This document shows, in pieces, positions 28,701 through 41,139 of a stretch of 53,095 bases of DNA. The notes below the pieces were generated by a model. That model was not told the DNA's origin. It made no database searches and saw only the letters and a list, made by a program, of their open reading frames with translations. The stretch's first letter is position 1, and every line of letters begins with the position of its first letter. A program made the translations under genes and the position numbers. Source of the stretch: Vitrella brassicaformis CCMP3155 (taxonomy: Eukaryota > Protista > Chromerida); the NCBI GenBank assembly GCA_001179505.1, contig CDMY01000550.1, positions 1 to 53,095 of the forward strand. Direction: 5' to 3'.

Positions 28701-30004
28701 GCACCCATGTCTTCCTTCCCCTGCGCTGCCGTCACGCCCCCTCAGCTGGCGACTGACGACGAGACGGCAAATGGCGACATCAACACGGCATCTCCCCCAC
28801 CATCGCATCAGCGTTCAGGAAGGAGGCGAGGACGGAGGCGATCAGGCAAGCAACCCACGAAGGGAGACGCAGCGACACAGACGTGGCGACGGACCTGGGT
28901 GCCGCGAGGCGACTCTGCGTCATCCAGCGATCCGCAGACAGATGCGATGGAGCGAGGATGGGCATGCTTCAGCGCTTGGGCTGGGGAGGAGCAATTGACG
29001 GAAGGTGCCGAGGGGCAGGGGGATGCCACTGGTGACGAGGTAGCTGCGCCCTCGTCGAGCAGTGTTGATCTGGGCGGCGGCGCTGTCGATATAGATGGTG
29101 GCGTGTACGATGCGGCGAGAGGCGAGGGCGGGGTGCTGGCTGCGGAGGCGTCCTCGTCTGTGTCTGAGCGTCCTCCCTCTGCGGGCCCACCGGCAGTTGT
29201 GGAGCCAACGGTGGAGCCCGCCATGGCGTCTGATGATGAGGGCAATGCCATGGTGGCAGGAGACATATACGACGGCCAAGTGCACTTCGCCGTTTCTGTC
29301 TGGGACCATATAGCTGCCCCTGCTGCCGTCAGACAGCCACAGCAAGTGGGGGAGATTGTATTACCGTCGGCCGACTTCCCCGCTCTGCCTTCCCAGCAGC
29401 CATCGGCAAGTGTCGCCATGCAGCCATCACAGCCGCCATTGGACAGCGGGATGGCCGGAGGCTCGCCAGCTGCTGCGCCACAGCACCATGAGAGCCAGGA
29501 TGTGAATGAGCCAGCAGAGGAACCGGGTATGCAAACGGAAGGGCGAATGAGTGGATGGATGGATGGATGGCATCATGGGCTTTGTCGTGTGGTGTTCTCT
29601 GTGTGTCGGTCGGTCAGAGCCTGCTGCTGAGGATAACAAGGCCGCCAAGTGTGTGGTGTGCCTGTCCAACACACCCACCGAGCTGTGCTTCCCATGGTTG
29701 GTCGGTGGGCACACACTCGAACACAAACAGTGGTTCAGGGGGCAGACGTGTTTTTCATGCTCTCGTGCGTTGTCTTGTTACGTGTGTATTGTATTGTGTG
29801 TCAGCGGCCACACCTCCCTGTGTGAGGGCTGCCGCAAGGTCAGGCACTTGACACACATCCACACCAGCTACCCTGCCGTACACTCATCCTGTGTGTGATT
29901 CGTGTGCGGCTGTTCAGGTGCACGAGTCGTATTACCTCTCCCATGGGTGCCCCTACTGTGACAGCGACGTCCAGATGCTCGTCCACGTCCAGACGCCATG
30001 CTGA
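25793..30004 (+). CDS. Multipass membrane protein with a long disordered region and C-terminal C3HC4 RING finger (putative E3 ligase)
   Basis: Large exon 26247-about 29530 has many hydrophobic segments. The terminal exons splice to KCVVCLSNTPTELCFP|CGHTSLCEGCRK|VHESYYLSHGCPYC...TPC*. The 5' exons from ATG 25793 are tentative. Confidence 0.8.
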
Positions 30005-30675
30005 TCCATCTGTTGACCTCGTGAATCGGCGGCAAACTGGCGGATTCATGGGTTTTGCAGACAGGCTGGTGTAGGCGGTGCTGGGTGTTGGAAAGAGTAG
30101 TTTGATGTGTCTTGGTTGACCGTGGCCGTTTCTCTGCAACAGCAGATGAGAAAGGCCTGACCGTTCATTCCATGGCTTGACGCGGTTGCTGACAGCCAGC
30201 CAGCTGTCTCTCTCTCCTCCTCTTTCGCTCTCTCTCTCCTGCCTTTTGCTGGTCAAGGTTCGTGTGTGTGTGTGTATCTCATTTGTGTGTAATGTATGTA
30301 AGTAGGCAGGTTTGTCTAGCTAGCTGCACAGGTCTCCCTCTTCGATCGCCCTCGGTGGTCGTTGTCTGTCTCTCTGTCCGTGTGTGTGAGATAGGTAGAG
30401 TATTTGTCACTGGTGTGTGACGTCTACAAGCATCCATCCATCGATGTATGTCTGCTGTCACCTGTACAGGCGGATCATTTGCGTGTGCGTACGTGTGTCC
30501 ATCTAATGCAATGCAATGCAGTGACCTATGCCTTCCCTTCGTTCGTTCGTTCGTTCCCATTGGGACGACCAAGGAGCTCACTGACCTCTCACACACAGAT
30601 AAAGCACCCAGGCCGCTTCATTCACAAGACACGATCATCCATCCATATGCCACCCCAGCCCACCCCCTCCGGCAC

Positions 30676-33600
30676 TCATTTGACCACCAGGTTGACAATC
30701 TTCTTTGGCACATAAATCTCCTTGACCACCCGCTGCCCCTGCTCCTCAACCCTCGCCAACACACCAGCCACCCTCGCGTCATCCCGCAGCAGTCGCAACA
30801 CGGCCTCCCTATCTCCCGCAATAGCCGCAGGCACCTCCAGCTGCCCCCTCAGCTTCCCGTTGACCTGCACCGGCACGGTGATCGAGTCCTCCACAAGCAG
30901 GTCTTCCCTGTAGGTCGGCCACTTGGCTGCAGTGCTGATGGAGTGCTGTGGGAGGGAGGGGTGGAGGACGGCCCACAGCTCTTCGCATACGTGGGGGGCG
31001 AAGGGGCTGAGCAGCAGCACCAGGGGGGTGGCGACTTCTCTCGGGAGGTCGGGCCACTTGTAGACGGCGTTGAGGAACTCCATCGAGGCCGAGATGGCGT
31101 TGTTGAACTTGAGTCCCTCGATGTCCTCCGTCACGCGCTTGATCAGCTTGTGCAGCGCCTTGAGCTCATCTCGTGTCGCCTCCCTCTCCGAGCAGCCACA
31201 CCCACCATCAGGAGAGACGATCTTCCGCCACAGCCGGTTGAGGAAGCGGTGGACGCCCTCCACGCCCTTGGTGCTCCATGGCTTGACGCTCTCCAGCGGG
31301 CCCATGAACATCAGATACAGCCGCAACGAGTCCGCCCCGGTGGCGGCGATGATGTCGTCAGGGTTGACGACATTGCCCCTGCTCTTGCTCATCTTCTCGC
31401 AGCGGGAGACCACCTCGATGGTCGGGTCGGCCTTGAGCACGAAGGCGTCACCCTTCTTGACCAGCTGCTCGTCGCCCACCCGCTCTGGCGTCAGCTCTTC
31501 TCCCGTTGAGGCGTCGGCTGGGGTGAGGCCGGACATGTCGACGTCTCTGGCAGTCGCATGTGCGCCGTCTTGCCTCCGGAAGACCGTGTGCTCCATCGGG
31601 CCGAGAATGAGCCCCTGGTTGACCAGCCGCTGGAAGGGCTCAGGTGTCGACACGACGCCCAGGTCGTAGAGGACCTTGTGCCAGAACCGGGAGTACAGCA
31701 GGTGCAGGACGGCGTGCTCCGTGCCGCCCACATACATGTCCACCGGCAGCCAGTACTTCTCCAGCTCGCCATCGATCGGCGCCTCCACGTTGCTCGGGTC
31801 CACAAAACGAAGATAGTACCAGCACGACCCCGCCCACTGCGGCATCGTGTTGGTCTCCCGCCGCACTGTCTGCCCGTCCACGGTCGTCGTGACCCAGTCG
31901 GTTGCCAGCGAGAGGGGGCCCTCGATTGACCCGCTCGGCTTGAAGGAGTCCATTTGCGGTAGAGTGATGGGCAGGTCAGTCTCCGGCACCGGCATGGCCT
32001 CGCCGGCGTCGTTGAATACGACAGGGAAGGGCTCGCCCCAGTACCGCTGACGGCTGAACAGCCAGTCCCTCAACGCGTAGTTGGTCTTCTTGCGGCCCCT
32101 GCCATTATCCTCCAGCCAGGCCGTGATCTTCTCTTTTGCGTCGGGGGCTGACATGCCGTTGAGTGAGACGAGGTCGCTCTCAGAGTTGACCACGACGGTG
32201 TCTGCCGTCTCGGTGAAGGCCTCTTGCTGGATGTCCCATGAGTCGTCTCCAGCAGCGGCGATCACCTGGACGATGGGCAGGTGGTACTTGAGGGCGAACT
32301 CATGGTCCCTGACGTCATGGCCCGGCACAGCCATGATGGCCCCGGTCCCATAGCCGCCCAGCACATAGTCCGCCACCCATATGGGCACCCGCTCCCCGCT
32401 AACAGGGTTGACGGCCAAGGCACCAGTGGGCACGCCAGTCTTGGACTTGGTCTCGGTGCGCTCCAGGTCGCTCTTGGACGCAGCGGCCTCGACGTATGCC
32501 GTGACGGCGGCTTCTTGGTCGGGTGTGGTGAGGCTGGCCACGAGTGGGTGCTCCGGTGCCAGTACGACATAGGTGCAGCCGAAGAGAGTGTCGGGGCGGG
32601 TGGTATACACACGAATGGCGGCGTCGGGCATGTCAGCCACCTGAACCACACACACACAGGGAGAGAGAGGGAGAATAGGACATTGCGTGAGCATCTCAGT
32701 GTAGGTCTGGGGGTCTGTGTGTGGGGCTGTGTGTGTGTGTGTGACCTGGAAGTCCACTTCCGCGCCTTCTGATTTGCCGATCCAGTTCCTCTGCATTTCC
32801 TTGACGTTGTCGGGCCAGTCGAGCATATCCAGGTCCTCCAGCAGGCGGTCCGCATAGGCAGTGATCTTGAGCATCCACTGCTTCATGGGCCGCCGGTAGA
32901 CGGGGAAGCCGCCCCTCTCCGACTTGCCGTCTATGACCTCCTCGTTGGCCAGCACGGTGCCCAGCTCGGGACACCAGTTGACGGGCACTTCCGCCTGGTA
33001 GGCCAGTCCTCTCTCGAAGAGCTTGAGGAAGATCCACTGCGTCCACTTGTAGTAGGCCGGATCGGTGGTCGACAGCTCCCTCTGCCAGTCGTAGGCGAAG
33101 CCCAGGCTCTTGAGCTGCTCCCTGAACCGGTCGACGTTCCGCTGCGTCGTGATGGCAGGGTGCGTCCCCGTCTGCACGGCGTACTGCTCCGCCGGCAGCC
33201 CAAAGGCGTCCCACCCCATCGGATGCAGCACGTTGAAGCCCCGCAGCCGCTTGTACCTCGCCAGGATGTCAGTGGCTGTGTATCCCTCAGGGTGTCCCAC
33301 GTGCAGGCCCGAGCCAGAGGGGTAGGGAAACATGTCAAGCACGTAGTACTTGGGGCGGCTGGTGTCGATGTCGGGCGGCGTGCGGAACGTCTGGTTAGCC
33401 TCCCAGAACTGCTGCCACTTCCTCTCTATCTCGGCATGAGGGTAAGCGGCCACGGCCGATGCGATAGAAGAAGAAGACGGCGACGATACTGCCTCGTCAT
33501 CGACTGATGCAGACGTAGCAGCTGCGGGCCGCTCTGCTTCGGCAACAGAAGCAGAAGAGCTCATCTGCAGCCTCAAGTGCCGCGTTGCTGGTGGCCGCCT

Positions 33601-33726
33601 GCTGTTGCTGGTGAGATCTGCTGCATGCGGGGCGAGGAAAGCCGCTTGCCGCCTGCGGATGTGGCCAGAAGTGCCTTGGACGATGGGCCACAGCAGCGAG
33701 AGGAAAGGTACCAACCTCATGATCAT
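30676..33726 (-). CDS. leuS: Bacterial-type (organellar) leucyl-tRNA synthetase with a bipartite plastid-like leader; one intron, 32641-32745
   Basis: [18 protein letters not shown] (HIGH motif), CP1 region TTRPDTLFG and [40 protein letters not shown] and [13 protein letters not shown]. The leader is [18 protein letters not shown] followed by an R/S/A-rich segment containing AAFLAP. Confidence 0.97.
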   Translation of the reverse strand: MIMRLVPFLSLLWPIVQGTSGHIRRRQAAFLAPHAADLTSNSRRPPATRHLRLQMSSSASVAEAERPAAATSASVDDEAVSSPSSSSIASAVAAYPHAEIERKWQQFWEANQTFRTPPDIDTSRPKYYVLDMFPYPSGSGLHVGHPEGYTATDILARYKRLRGFNVLHPMGWDAFGLPAEQYAVQTGTHPAITTQRNVDRFREQLKSLGFAYDWQRELSTTDPAYYKWTQWIFLKLFERGLAYQAEVPVNWCPELGTVLANEEVIDGKSERGGFPVYRRPMKQWMLKITAYADRLLEDLDMLDWPDNVKEMQRNWIGKSEGAEVDFQVTHTHTAPHTDPQTYTEMLTQCPILPLSPCVCVVQVADMPDAAIRVYTTRPDTLFGCTYVVLAPEHPLVASLTTPDQEAAVTAYVEAAASKSDLERTETKSKTGVPTGALAVNPVSGERVPIWVADYVLGGYGTGAIMAVPGHDVRDHEFALKYHLPIVQVIAAAGDDSWDIQQEAFTETADTVVVNSESDLVSLNGMSAPDAKEKITAWLEDNGRGRKKTNYALRDWLFSRQRYWGEPFPVVFNDAGEAMPVPETDLPITLPQMDSFKPSGSIEGPLSLATDWVTTTVDGQTVRRETNTMPQWAGSCWYYLRFVDPSNVEAPIDGELEKYWLPVDMYVGGTEHAVLHLLYSRFWHKVLYDLGVVSTPEPFQRLVNQGLILGPMEHTVFRRQDGAHATARDVDMSGLTPADASTGEELTPERVGDEQLVKKGDAFVLKADPTIEVVSRCEKMSKSRGNVVNPDDIIAATGADSLRLYLMFMGPLESVKPWSTKGVEGVHRFLNRLWRKIVSPDGGCGCSEREATRDELKALHKLIKRVTEDIEGLKFNNAISASMEFLNAVYKWPDLPREVATPLVLLLSPFAPHVCEELWAVLHPSLPQHSISTAAKWPTYREDLLVEDSITVPVQVNGKLRGQLEVPAAIAGDREAVLRLLRDDARVAGVLARVEEQGQRVVKEIYVPKKIVNLVVK

Positions 33727-33844
33727 GCTGACGAATTCAAGAAGATCGTTGACCCGATAGCGTCTGTCCAAGGCAGCGGCAGCAGAAAGTCGCTCAAACG
33801 TCGCGGCGGCGGAGAGAGTGGTTCAGTGACAGCGGTTTCACGGC

Positions 33845-33854
33845 TGCGAGCTTT
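33845..33854. promoter_or_regulatory. TGCGAGCTTT motif in the LeuRS/MLO divergent spacer
   Basis: Exact motif lying between the divergent start codons at 33726 and 33972. Confidence 0.4.
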
Positions 33855-33971
33855 AGAACTGGTCTGAAGTGCGTGTTCTCCAAGATCTGCAGCTGCTGAG
33901 GACCAGCTGAGTCTGTGGATGGTGTTGGTGAAGAGTTGGTCCATTGAGATGCGTCCGTTGTGGTCTGAGCA

Positions 33972-36900
33972 ATGAGGAGACTTCGCCCACGGTCATGGGT
34001 GGCCGGCGGGGCTATCGCAGTTGCCCTGCTGGTGCAGATCTCGCTATCCTACCGCCTTGGCGACACCCACCTTCACCACGACGACCTGTGGCACGATGCA
34101 CACGAGGCAGCGGCCGGCGGACCTTCGCGGACCCTCCAGCCATCCGCAGACGGCCTGGAGGGCTCCCCAGTTGTCAGCGGTGCGCGAGATGCAGAGGGGG
34201 ATTGCGGCGGTGACTCCCCTGATGATGAGTGGGACAAGTGTCAGATGACCCGGCCCAGGAGGCCACGGAAGGTGTCGCTCAAGGGCATCTGGAACAGGGT
34301 GCTGAGCAAGGACAGCAAGGAGGAACAACAGCAGCAGAAGACGCGCAAGAAGGAGTGTGCAAGGGGCGCATCGGCGGCATGGAAGAAGTGCAAGGAGAGG
34401 AATGGGCAGCAAGGCGGCCTGCTATCCCGAATCAAGCGGTGGTTCAGCAACAGGTTCGGGGGCGCCTTTCCGTGGGTACGTGGCAAGGGTGAGGTGATAT
34501 CTATCAAGAGGAACGAGACGGAGAGGGCGGCTGCGGCTCCCCGCAGCGAGGCCGACATGGAGGCCTTCCGTCGGTACCGCAGCTGGATCTGGCTGGGGCT
34601 GGTCAGTGTGGTCATCCTCATCAGCCTGGCATTCGAACAGCTCAGGGAAATGATCCTACACACCCTCACGGAGAAGGGAGAAGAGGTGAGTGAGCACACA
34701 GACCACAGAGAGAGATAGGGGATAGAAGAAGGCAACGCACGTGTGTTGGGAGGGATTAATCTTGTCTGCCCGTCCTTTTGTCTGTCGGCTGCAGGACTAC
34801 AAGCGCGTCATCTCGCGTCTGTTCGAGGTGAGCATCGGCCGGCCACACACCCATCCCATGTGCAGGGCGCCGCGTCTCTTGGAATCGACCAATGCATGTG
34901 TGGTGTCTGCTTGTATGTGTTGCCCTTGCTTGCTCCGGTCCATCATACATATCAGGAGCTAACGACTTTGGGATTCATCGCCCTGTGTGTCTTCGCGCTG
35001 ATGCGGACGGGAACCTTCCACAGCCTCTCGCACTTTGTCTTCAGGTGCGAATCAGACAGACATCCCCCATCCCCCATCCACCACACACACGGTCGAACGA
35101 ACGCGTCACTGATTCTTGCAGGGACCACTTGGCGAGCATTGAGGGCGACGAGCACGGCGGTGAGGGTCATCCGCTGCTGGCTGAGATGTTTGAGGAGGTC
35201 CACATGCTGCTCTTCATCGCCATGGGGCTGCTCATTCTCATCGCCCTCTACTGCGTCACAATCGCTCACCACACCGCAGCCAAGTTCGCACACCAACACA
35301 CACACACACACACACAAGACAGCCGCACACACCCACCCCACATATCTGTGTGTGTGAAAAGGTGGCGAGAGGCGGAGCGCATGTCGCACGAGACTCTCCT
35401 GGAGATCCACGCCCACTACGCCACGAGGGGCGACCGGTTCTTCTGGTGGTGGCAGCTGCGCCGCGCCTTCGCACGACTGACCCACCAGCCTTTGCGTGCC
35501 GAGGGGCCGGTGGTGAGCCGCGACACTCTGCTGCGGTGGCTGGACTACCGCGCCATCCGCAGCGAGTTCGTCAAGCCGAGCGTGAGCAGCGTGCCGGGTG
35601 TGGACGCTGACCCGCTGTCCTTCCCTTTCTACAGCTACCTCAAGGCATGTATGGTGAGCGATATATATGGGTGGCGGAGAGAGGGAAGGAAGGGGGGGAG
35701 GGGTGCATTCGTGTGTTGCTTGGATGGATGTTAATGCAGGTTGATTTCGTAGTTGAGTTGCTGCACATCCCCAGCTGGATGTACTTTGTGATCCTCGTGG
35801 CCACACTGCCATTCAGATCGGCACTCTTCTGCCTGGTACGCGACGCCACAGCAAGACACTCCCACACAGACACAGACAAACACACAGCACGGTATACAGC
35901 CGTTTCCTGCTCTGTGTGTGTGTGTGCGTGTGTGCAGGAGGCGCGCCTGTTTGTGTTGGGCACTGTGGGTGTGCTGATCCCCACCGGCCTGGTGCTGCTG
36001 GCCTGCTACCTCAGATGGCTCAAACGAATGCTCACACCACCCGCCGAACGAATCCTCGTCTTCCAGGTCAGAGAAAAGACCACAAAGCAAAGCCCCCAAC
36101 CACACACAACCACCCCTCTCTCCCTCTCTCCATCTCTCCCTCCCTCTCCCTCTCTGCCTGTGTCTCTCCTCAGCAAACAGAGCTCGACCGCAAGAACCAC
36201 CGCCGCGGCGACTTCGGCGGCCGCAAGTCGGTGACCTCTCTTGCCGGCATCCCGCCCTTCATGCTGCAGTGGGCCACAAACTCGACCCACTCCGAGGGCG
36301 GCACACCATCGGACCACTCACAGAGAAACGGCGACGGCGGGGTCTTCCCATCCACCCCCACCTCCAGCGGCGACCGGGGCGCGGGCACCACCACACACGG
36401 CAGCGCACGAGGGGCGGCCTCCTCTCTCTCCCGAGGCATCACGCAGGACTGGGCCGTCGGGTCGTCCGAGTGCTTCCTGGCGCCGTTCCACACGCTTGAC
36501 CCGGTGCACGCGACGTCGCCTCTGCTGATAGCGTTCGGGGGGACGGCGACGCCCAACCGGCACCAGCAGCTGTTCATCGGATGGAAGAACGGCCCCAAGA
36601 TCTTGAAGAGCTGCATACAGCTGCTGGTGATTGCGCTGGCCGTCTACACGGCCATTATGATGGGGCAGGTCACCGACAATGCGGGCGTCTTCACTGGCTC
36701 CTGGTACGTTTGTGTTGGCACGGTCGATGCGCGCCGCAACACGCCCGCCCCCATGCTGTGTGTGGGGTGTGGGGTGTTGGGTTTGCTGACCAGGCTTGTG
36801 TTCTGGGTGGTGGTGCTGAGCACCATAGTGAGTCTGCTGTTCCTGATCCCGGGCATCATCGCCGACGTGACGGTGGTGTGCAGCATCGAGCTCATGAAGA

Positions 36901-38628
36901 ACCAGCACCACGTCATCCGCACGTGCGAGCTCGTCAGGCACGCGCAGTACCTCAAGAGGTTCAAACTCCTCTCACAGCTCAAGAAATTCTCGAAGCTGCA
37001 ACGGTGCGTGAGAGGAAATTGTGCCACCGGCTGGTGCATTCGTGTGTGTGTGTGTGTGTGTGTGTGTGTCCAGGTACACCCACCTGGCCGACAAGCATCG
37101 TGACGTCCTGCGGAAGGAGGTCAGTGAATAAAGAGACAGACGGGGAGACGCGCATTCGAATGAGCGTGTGGGGTGTGTGTGTGTTGGTGTGTGTGTGTGT
37201 GGTCGTGTCAGATGGCGTCCCGTTGGCGCGCTTTGAAGGACGTTGAGAAGCGGATGATCACTGCCAGCTTCATTGCCGCCGACAGGGGCTGCAAAATGTA
37301 GACGTCAAGAACCAACAAGAGCGCATATCTATGCTAATGGTTCGTTGGCTCACAAGTTGTTGGAACTGATTTGATTGCAGGCATCTGACGGCCAGCGAGG
37401 CGGAGCGTGCTCTGCAGATGAGCGGCATCGACATGACAGACCAGGAAGTCAAGAAATGGTCGGTCTCCGCTCACAGACATGGGGAGCTGCTCGTGGGTGT
37501 AAATGTGCCTCTGCGTCTGTCCTTTGCGTTGTGTGCAGGTTTGAAGTGTTTGATTTCCACAACCGGGGTCACCTCGACATGGACAGCTTCAGAATGATGA
37601 TGCTCGCTATCAACGCCACTCTGGTAAGCAACGCCCCACCACACCCCACATCAATGCGCCGTCTCCGTTCCACTGCCCCTTTGGTGTGCACACGTGCATC
37701 TGTCTGTCGATCAGTTCGGCAGCCGTTTGACCGAGGACGAGTTGGTGGAGCTCATCAGCATCATCGCCGGCGAGGAGACCCCCCAGTCGCCCCTCGACGC
37801 CCCGCCACCCCTCGCACACAGCACCAGCCAGCCCGTCTCCACCCACCAACCCCACCCTCTCACTCGCTCCCTCTCGCGCGAGTCGGCCCCCTCCCAGATG
37901 CACCTATGGCTCAACCACCAGCAGAAGATCGGACAGCTGAACCGCTCCGAGTCGCCCAACCCCGCACAGACCTCCACCCGAGCCCCCAGCTACACTGGCA
38001 GTGGTGACGGGGGCGGCACATCCCCAGCCCTCTCCTCCCAGACGGTCCCTGCGCGCCAGCCGCCACCCCTGGCCACCGGACACATCGGCGGCCACAGCTT
38101 CACCATCAGGCCGACCCTCTCGCTCAGCCGCTCACGCACAGAGAAGAACATCGCTGCCCAGCAACAGCAGCAGCAGCAGCAGCATGGGCCGACGGTCAAC
38201 GGTGGTCATGGTCACGGTGCGCCGGTGCCGATGCCCTCTCCCCGTCGGTCGAGCAGCCCCGGGGGACAGACGCCGAGGCATGGCGGGGCGGACGTGAGGA
38301 GGGGTTCGGCGCCACATGCGCTGACCCACAGTGGGGTGCAGCTGGTGACGCCCGATGATTTGCAGAAGCTGCTGTCCAACACTGTCTCCAGGTGCGACCG
38401 ACAGAGGGGCGGAGAGAGAGAACGCAGGACGGGAAAATTGTTTGCCTTGTGCCTCTCTCCCCCTCCCCCTCCCCCTCCCCCTCCCTCTGCCTGCCTCCGT
38501 GTGTGTGTAGGAGCGAATGTGTGAGCCTGATATCGACGATGAACTCGGGTGCGCCTCGGTCTTACGCCACAGCGGAGGAGTTCTCCAAGTGGGTCAGGAG
38601 GGTGGAGGCCGACGTGGACCTGCTGTAA
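33972..38628 (+). CDS. MLO-like multipass membrane protein with a C-terminal calmodulin-like (degenerate EF-hand) region
   Basis: MLO-like segments: LVSVVILISLAFEQL...ISRLFEELTTLGFIALCVF, FEEVHMLLFIAM...AAKWREAE, SFPFYSYLKACMVDFVVELLHIPSWMYF and LFIGWKNGPKIL. The tail has SFIAADRGCKMHLTASEAERAL, MSGIDMTDQEVKKWFEVFDFHNRGHLDMDSF and FGSRLTEDELVELIS. Confidence 0.72.
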
Positions 38629-39688
38629 AGCATGAGGATCGAAGGCAGACGGTCTGCCCTCACTGCAAGGAAGGGAGGAAGGCGTGTTGCTTATATATGG
38701 CGCTCGTAAAGATTTTTGCAATGACGAGCTTTATAATTTTTCGCCACCACCCATCCATACACACCCACTCACTCACTCACTGACTCAGCGATGCACATGA
38801 ATGACTAAGGCAGGCATCAACACGCGCCGGTACTGATAGAGGGAGGGAGAAGGGTCCCACATGCAATGCATAATGTGTGTGTGTGCGTGTGTGTTGTGGC
38901 TGGGCTGAGACGATGGATGGATGGATGGATCCACACACCACTGACCTCCCTCCTACACGAGAGTGCCCGTAGTGAGTGAATGTGGATGAGTGATGGACTG
39001 GATGGTGGCGACCGCAGCATTTTTCCCTGCCTGCCTGCCTGGATGCCTGGATGCCTGGATGCTTGCGCGAGGGAATGGCAACCTGCGCTGACTGACAGGG
39101 ACATACAGACATATACACACCGACACCCATACATACGAACGTACAAGAGTTTTATGTGCGTGGCATGGTTGGGAAGCGATATGATTGGTTTGGGAGAGAG
39201 GAAGGGAGGGAGAGAGGGAGGGGGAGCTGAGCCGATGGATCGAGGGGGTCTTTCAAGGCATCAAGACACTCTGGGCGGGTGGTTGGGTGAGGTGGTAAGG
39301 TGAGTGCTACGTACCTGCATGTACTGTAAGCTGAGCTGTCGTGTGCCTGCCTGCCTGCCTGCGTAGACCATCTATATTTATGTTGCTGCTGGGGCGGATA
39401 GGATGTATGCGTCCATGTACCTCATTACCTTACCTTACCTTACACGCGCGCTTTATCTAGTGAGTGAGTGAGTGGTGAGTCCATGTGGGTGGGATGCATT
39501 CATTCATGTGACCGACCGTGAGTGGGCCAGAGAGAGCCGCCACAGGCTCATCCTTGCCTGCCTGCCTGCCTGCCTGCCTCCTCCTTCGCGTCAAGACATT
39601 GCCTTCCATGAGGCCTAAAGAATAAAGGAAGACATTACAGCAGTGTACATTCTCACACGCAAGTAAACCAGTGCAGGAAAGGTCGCTC

Positions 39689-40875
39689 TCAAACTCTCCG
39701 CGTCCTATTGCTCACATGCACACGCACCGGCTCACGCAGCCCGCACACCCACCCCCTCACTAGCGGCACACGCCCACCCGTCTCATACACCCACTCTCTG
39801 CACTCAGCCGGCTTCGCCGGCTCCCTGTACACGTTGTCTTCGTCAAGGCACACCGTCCTGTTGTTCCACCTCTGCCGCACGCAGTTGAAAAAGCCATACA
39901 GAGCACCGCACCGGACGGCTCGCGCGGTGACGACACTCTCTGCGCCGTCATCTAGGTGTTCGTGTGAGACGTTGACGGCCCGGCAGGACTCGCAGATGGG
40001 GGGGCAGGGGAAGCAGCTCAGCGGGTGAAGGTGCAGCATCAAGCCGACCACATCAAGGGTGTACGCGGCAGCCAATCCGCCCTGACGCATCGCGTGGCGC
40101 GACAGCTGCAGCACACAAAGCATCAAGAGAATCAACACGACCCAGTTGTCTTTCTTCTGTCGCTGTGGCCGACGCACCTTTCCGAGCCAATGGGAGTGGT
40201 TGGCGTGTCTCGGTCCTTGGTGCACCCATTCCGGCGGGGTGAATGGGTGGTGCCGCACAGCGAAGAACCTCCTCTTGCACTGGAAACACACAGCCGCCCC
40301 GTCCATCCCAACATCCTCACACCGGTGGCAACCTGACCAACCACACACACACACGTGTATACCATTGACCAGCACATTACCGCTCCCTCCCTCCCTCCCT
40401 CACCAGTCGGACATCGGTCCCACTGCTCTGCGGTGAAGTTGAAGAACTGCCCAGCCCGAGGGCCGGGACACGGCGGCACGTGGCGCATCCTCCTCGACCG
40501 GCGAAGGGAAGGCCCCGGGGAAGGATGAGCAGACACGTCAGAGTCAGAGGCATGATCTTCTCTCTCGGTCTCGTTCGAACACAGCGGGGCCTCCGCTGTT
40601 TCAATCGCCTCCTCAGTCAGACCCATTGCGGCAGGCGCCTCGTCGGGAAACAGTGATCCATCCCTGAGCTCCTCAGCATCAGTCCACTCGTCCCCCGATT
40701 CAACGCCAGCTGCATTGTCGTCGTCATCGGCAGCTGCATTCTCAGGCATCCCAACGTGGTCGTCGCCGTCATGCTCATGGTCATGGGCATCTTCATTTCC
40801 GACAGGGATTCGCGCTGCTGACGACATCAAAGCGAAGAAGATGAGGCCGATGAACCAAAGGCGCCGCAGATCCAT
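39689..40875 (-). CDS. Secreted Cys-rich protein with furin-like/growth-factor-receptor-type CxxC repeats
   Basis: Signal-like MDLRRLWFIGLIFFALMSSAA, then a His/Asp-rich segment. Splicing intron 40333-40403 gives DRCPTGCHRCEDVGMDGAAVCFQCKRRFF, and a second unit reads SCFPCPPICESC. Confidence 0.6.
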
Positions 40876-40972
40876 CAGCAACCACGACCCTAAAGCAACC
40901 ACTAGACAGACGGCCATAATCGAGATGTCTGGGGATTCATCGGGTGCAGCACCACCGCGATCTCGGATCAGT

Positions 40973-40980
40973 TGCGAGCT
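40973..40980. promoter_or_regulatory. TGCGAGCT motif upstream of the Cys-rich gene
   Basis: Exact 8-mer about 100 bp upstream of the minus-strand ATG at 40875. Confidence 0.35.
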
Positions 40981-41139
40981 CAGATGGATTTTTGAGGATT
41001 TTTCCCTTTGTGAGCTGCCCGACGAGCCCGGGACGCATCGTGTTGGTCTGCCCGGCATCACCCGGCAGCCCCCTTCGACCCATCGCCTCTCCCCCTTGCC
41101 GACGGGTCGGAGTGATTGAGCGTCAGACGCCATCCAATA

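Noticed and set aside
30676-33771. LeuRS as bacterial contamination, or a start at 33771
   Set aside because: It has a GT-AG intron of the local style and a eukaryotic targeting leader. The hydrophobic signal begins at Met 33726/33720, so the upstream ATG is probably not used.
38780-39600. Repeat arrays ((GCCT)n, (TGGA)n, (AC)n, (GAGT)n) as CRISPR-like or structured ncRNA
   Set aside because: These are simple microsatellites in an intergenic/UTR region, with no repeat-spacer periodicity.
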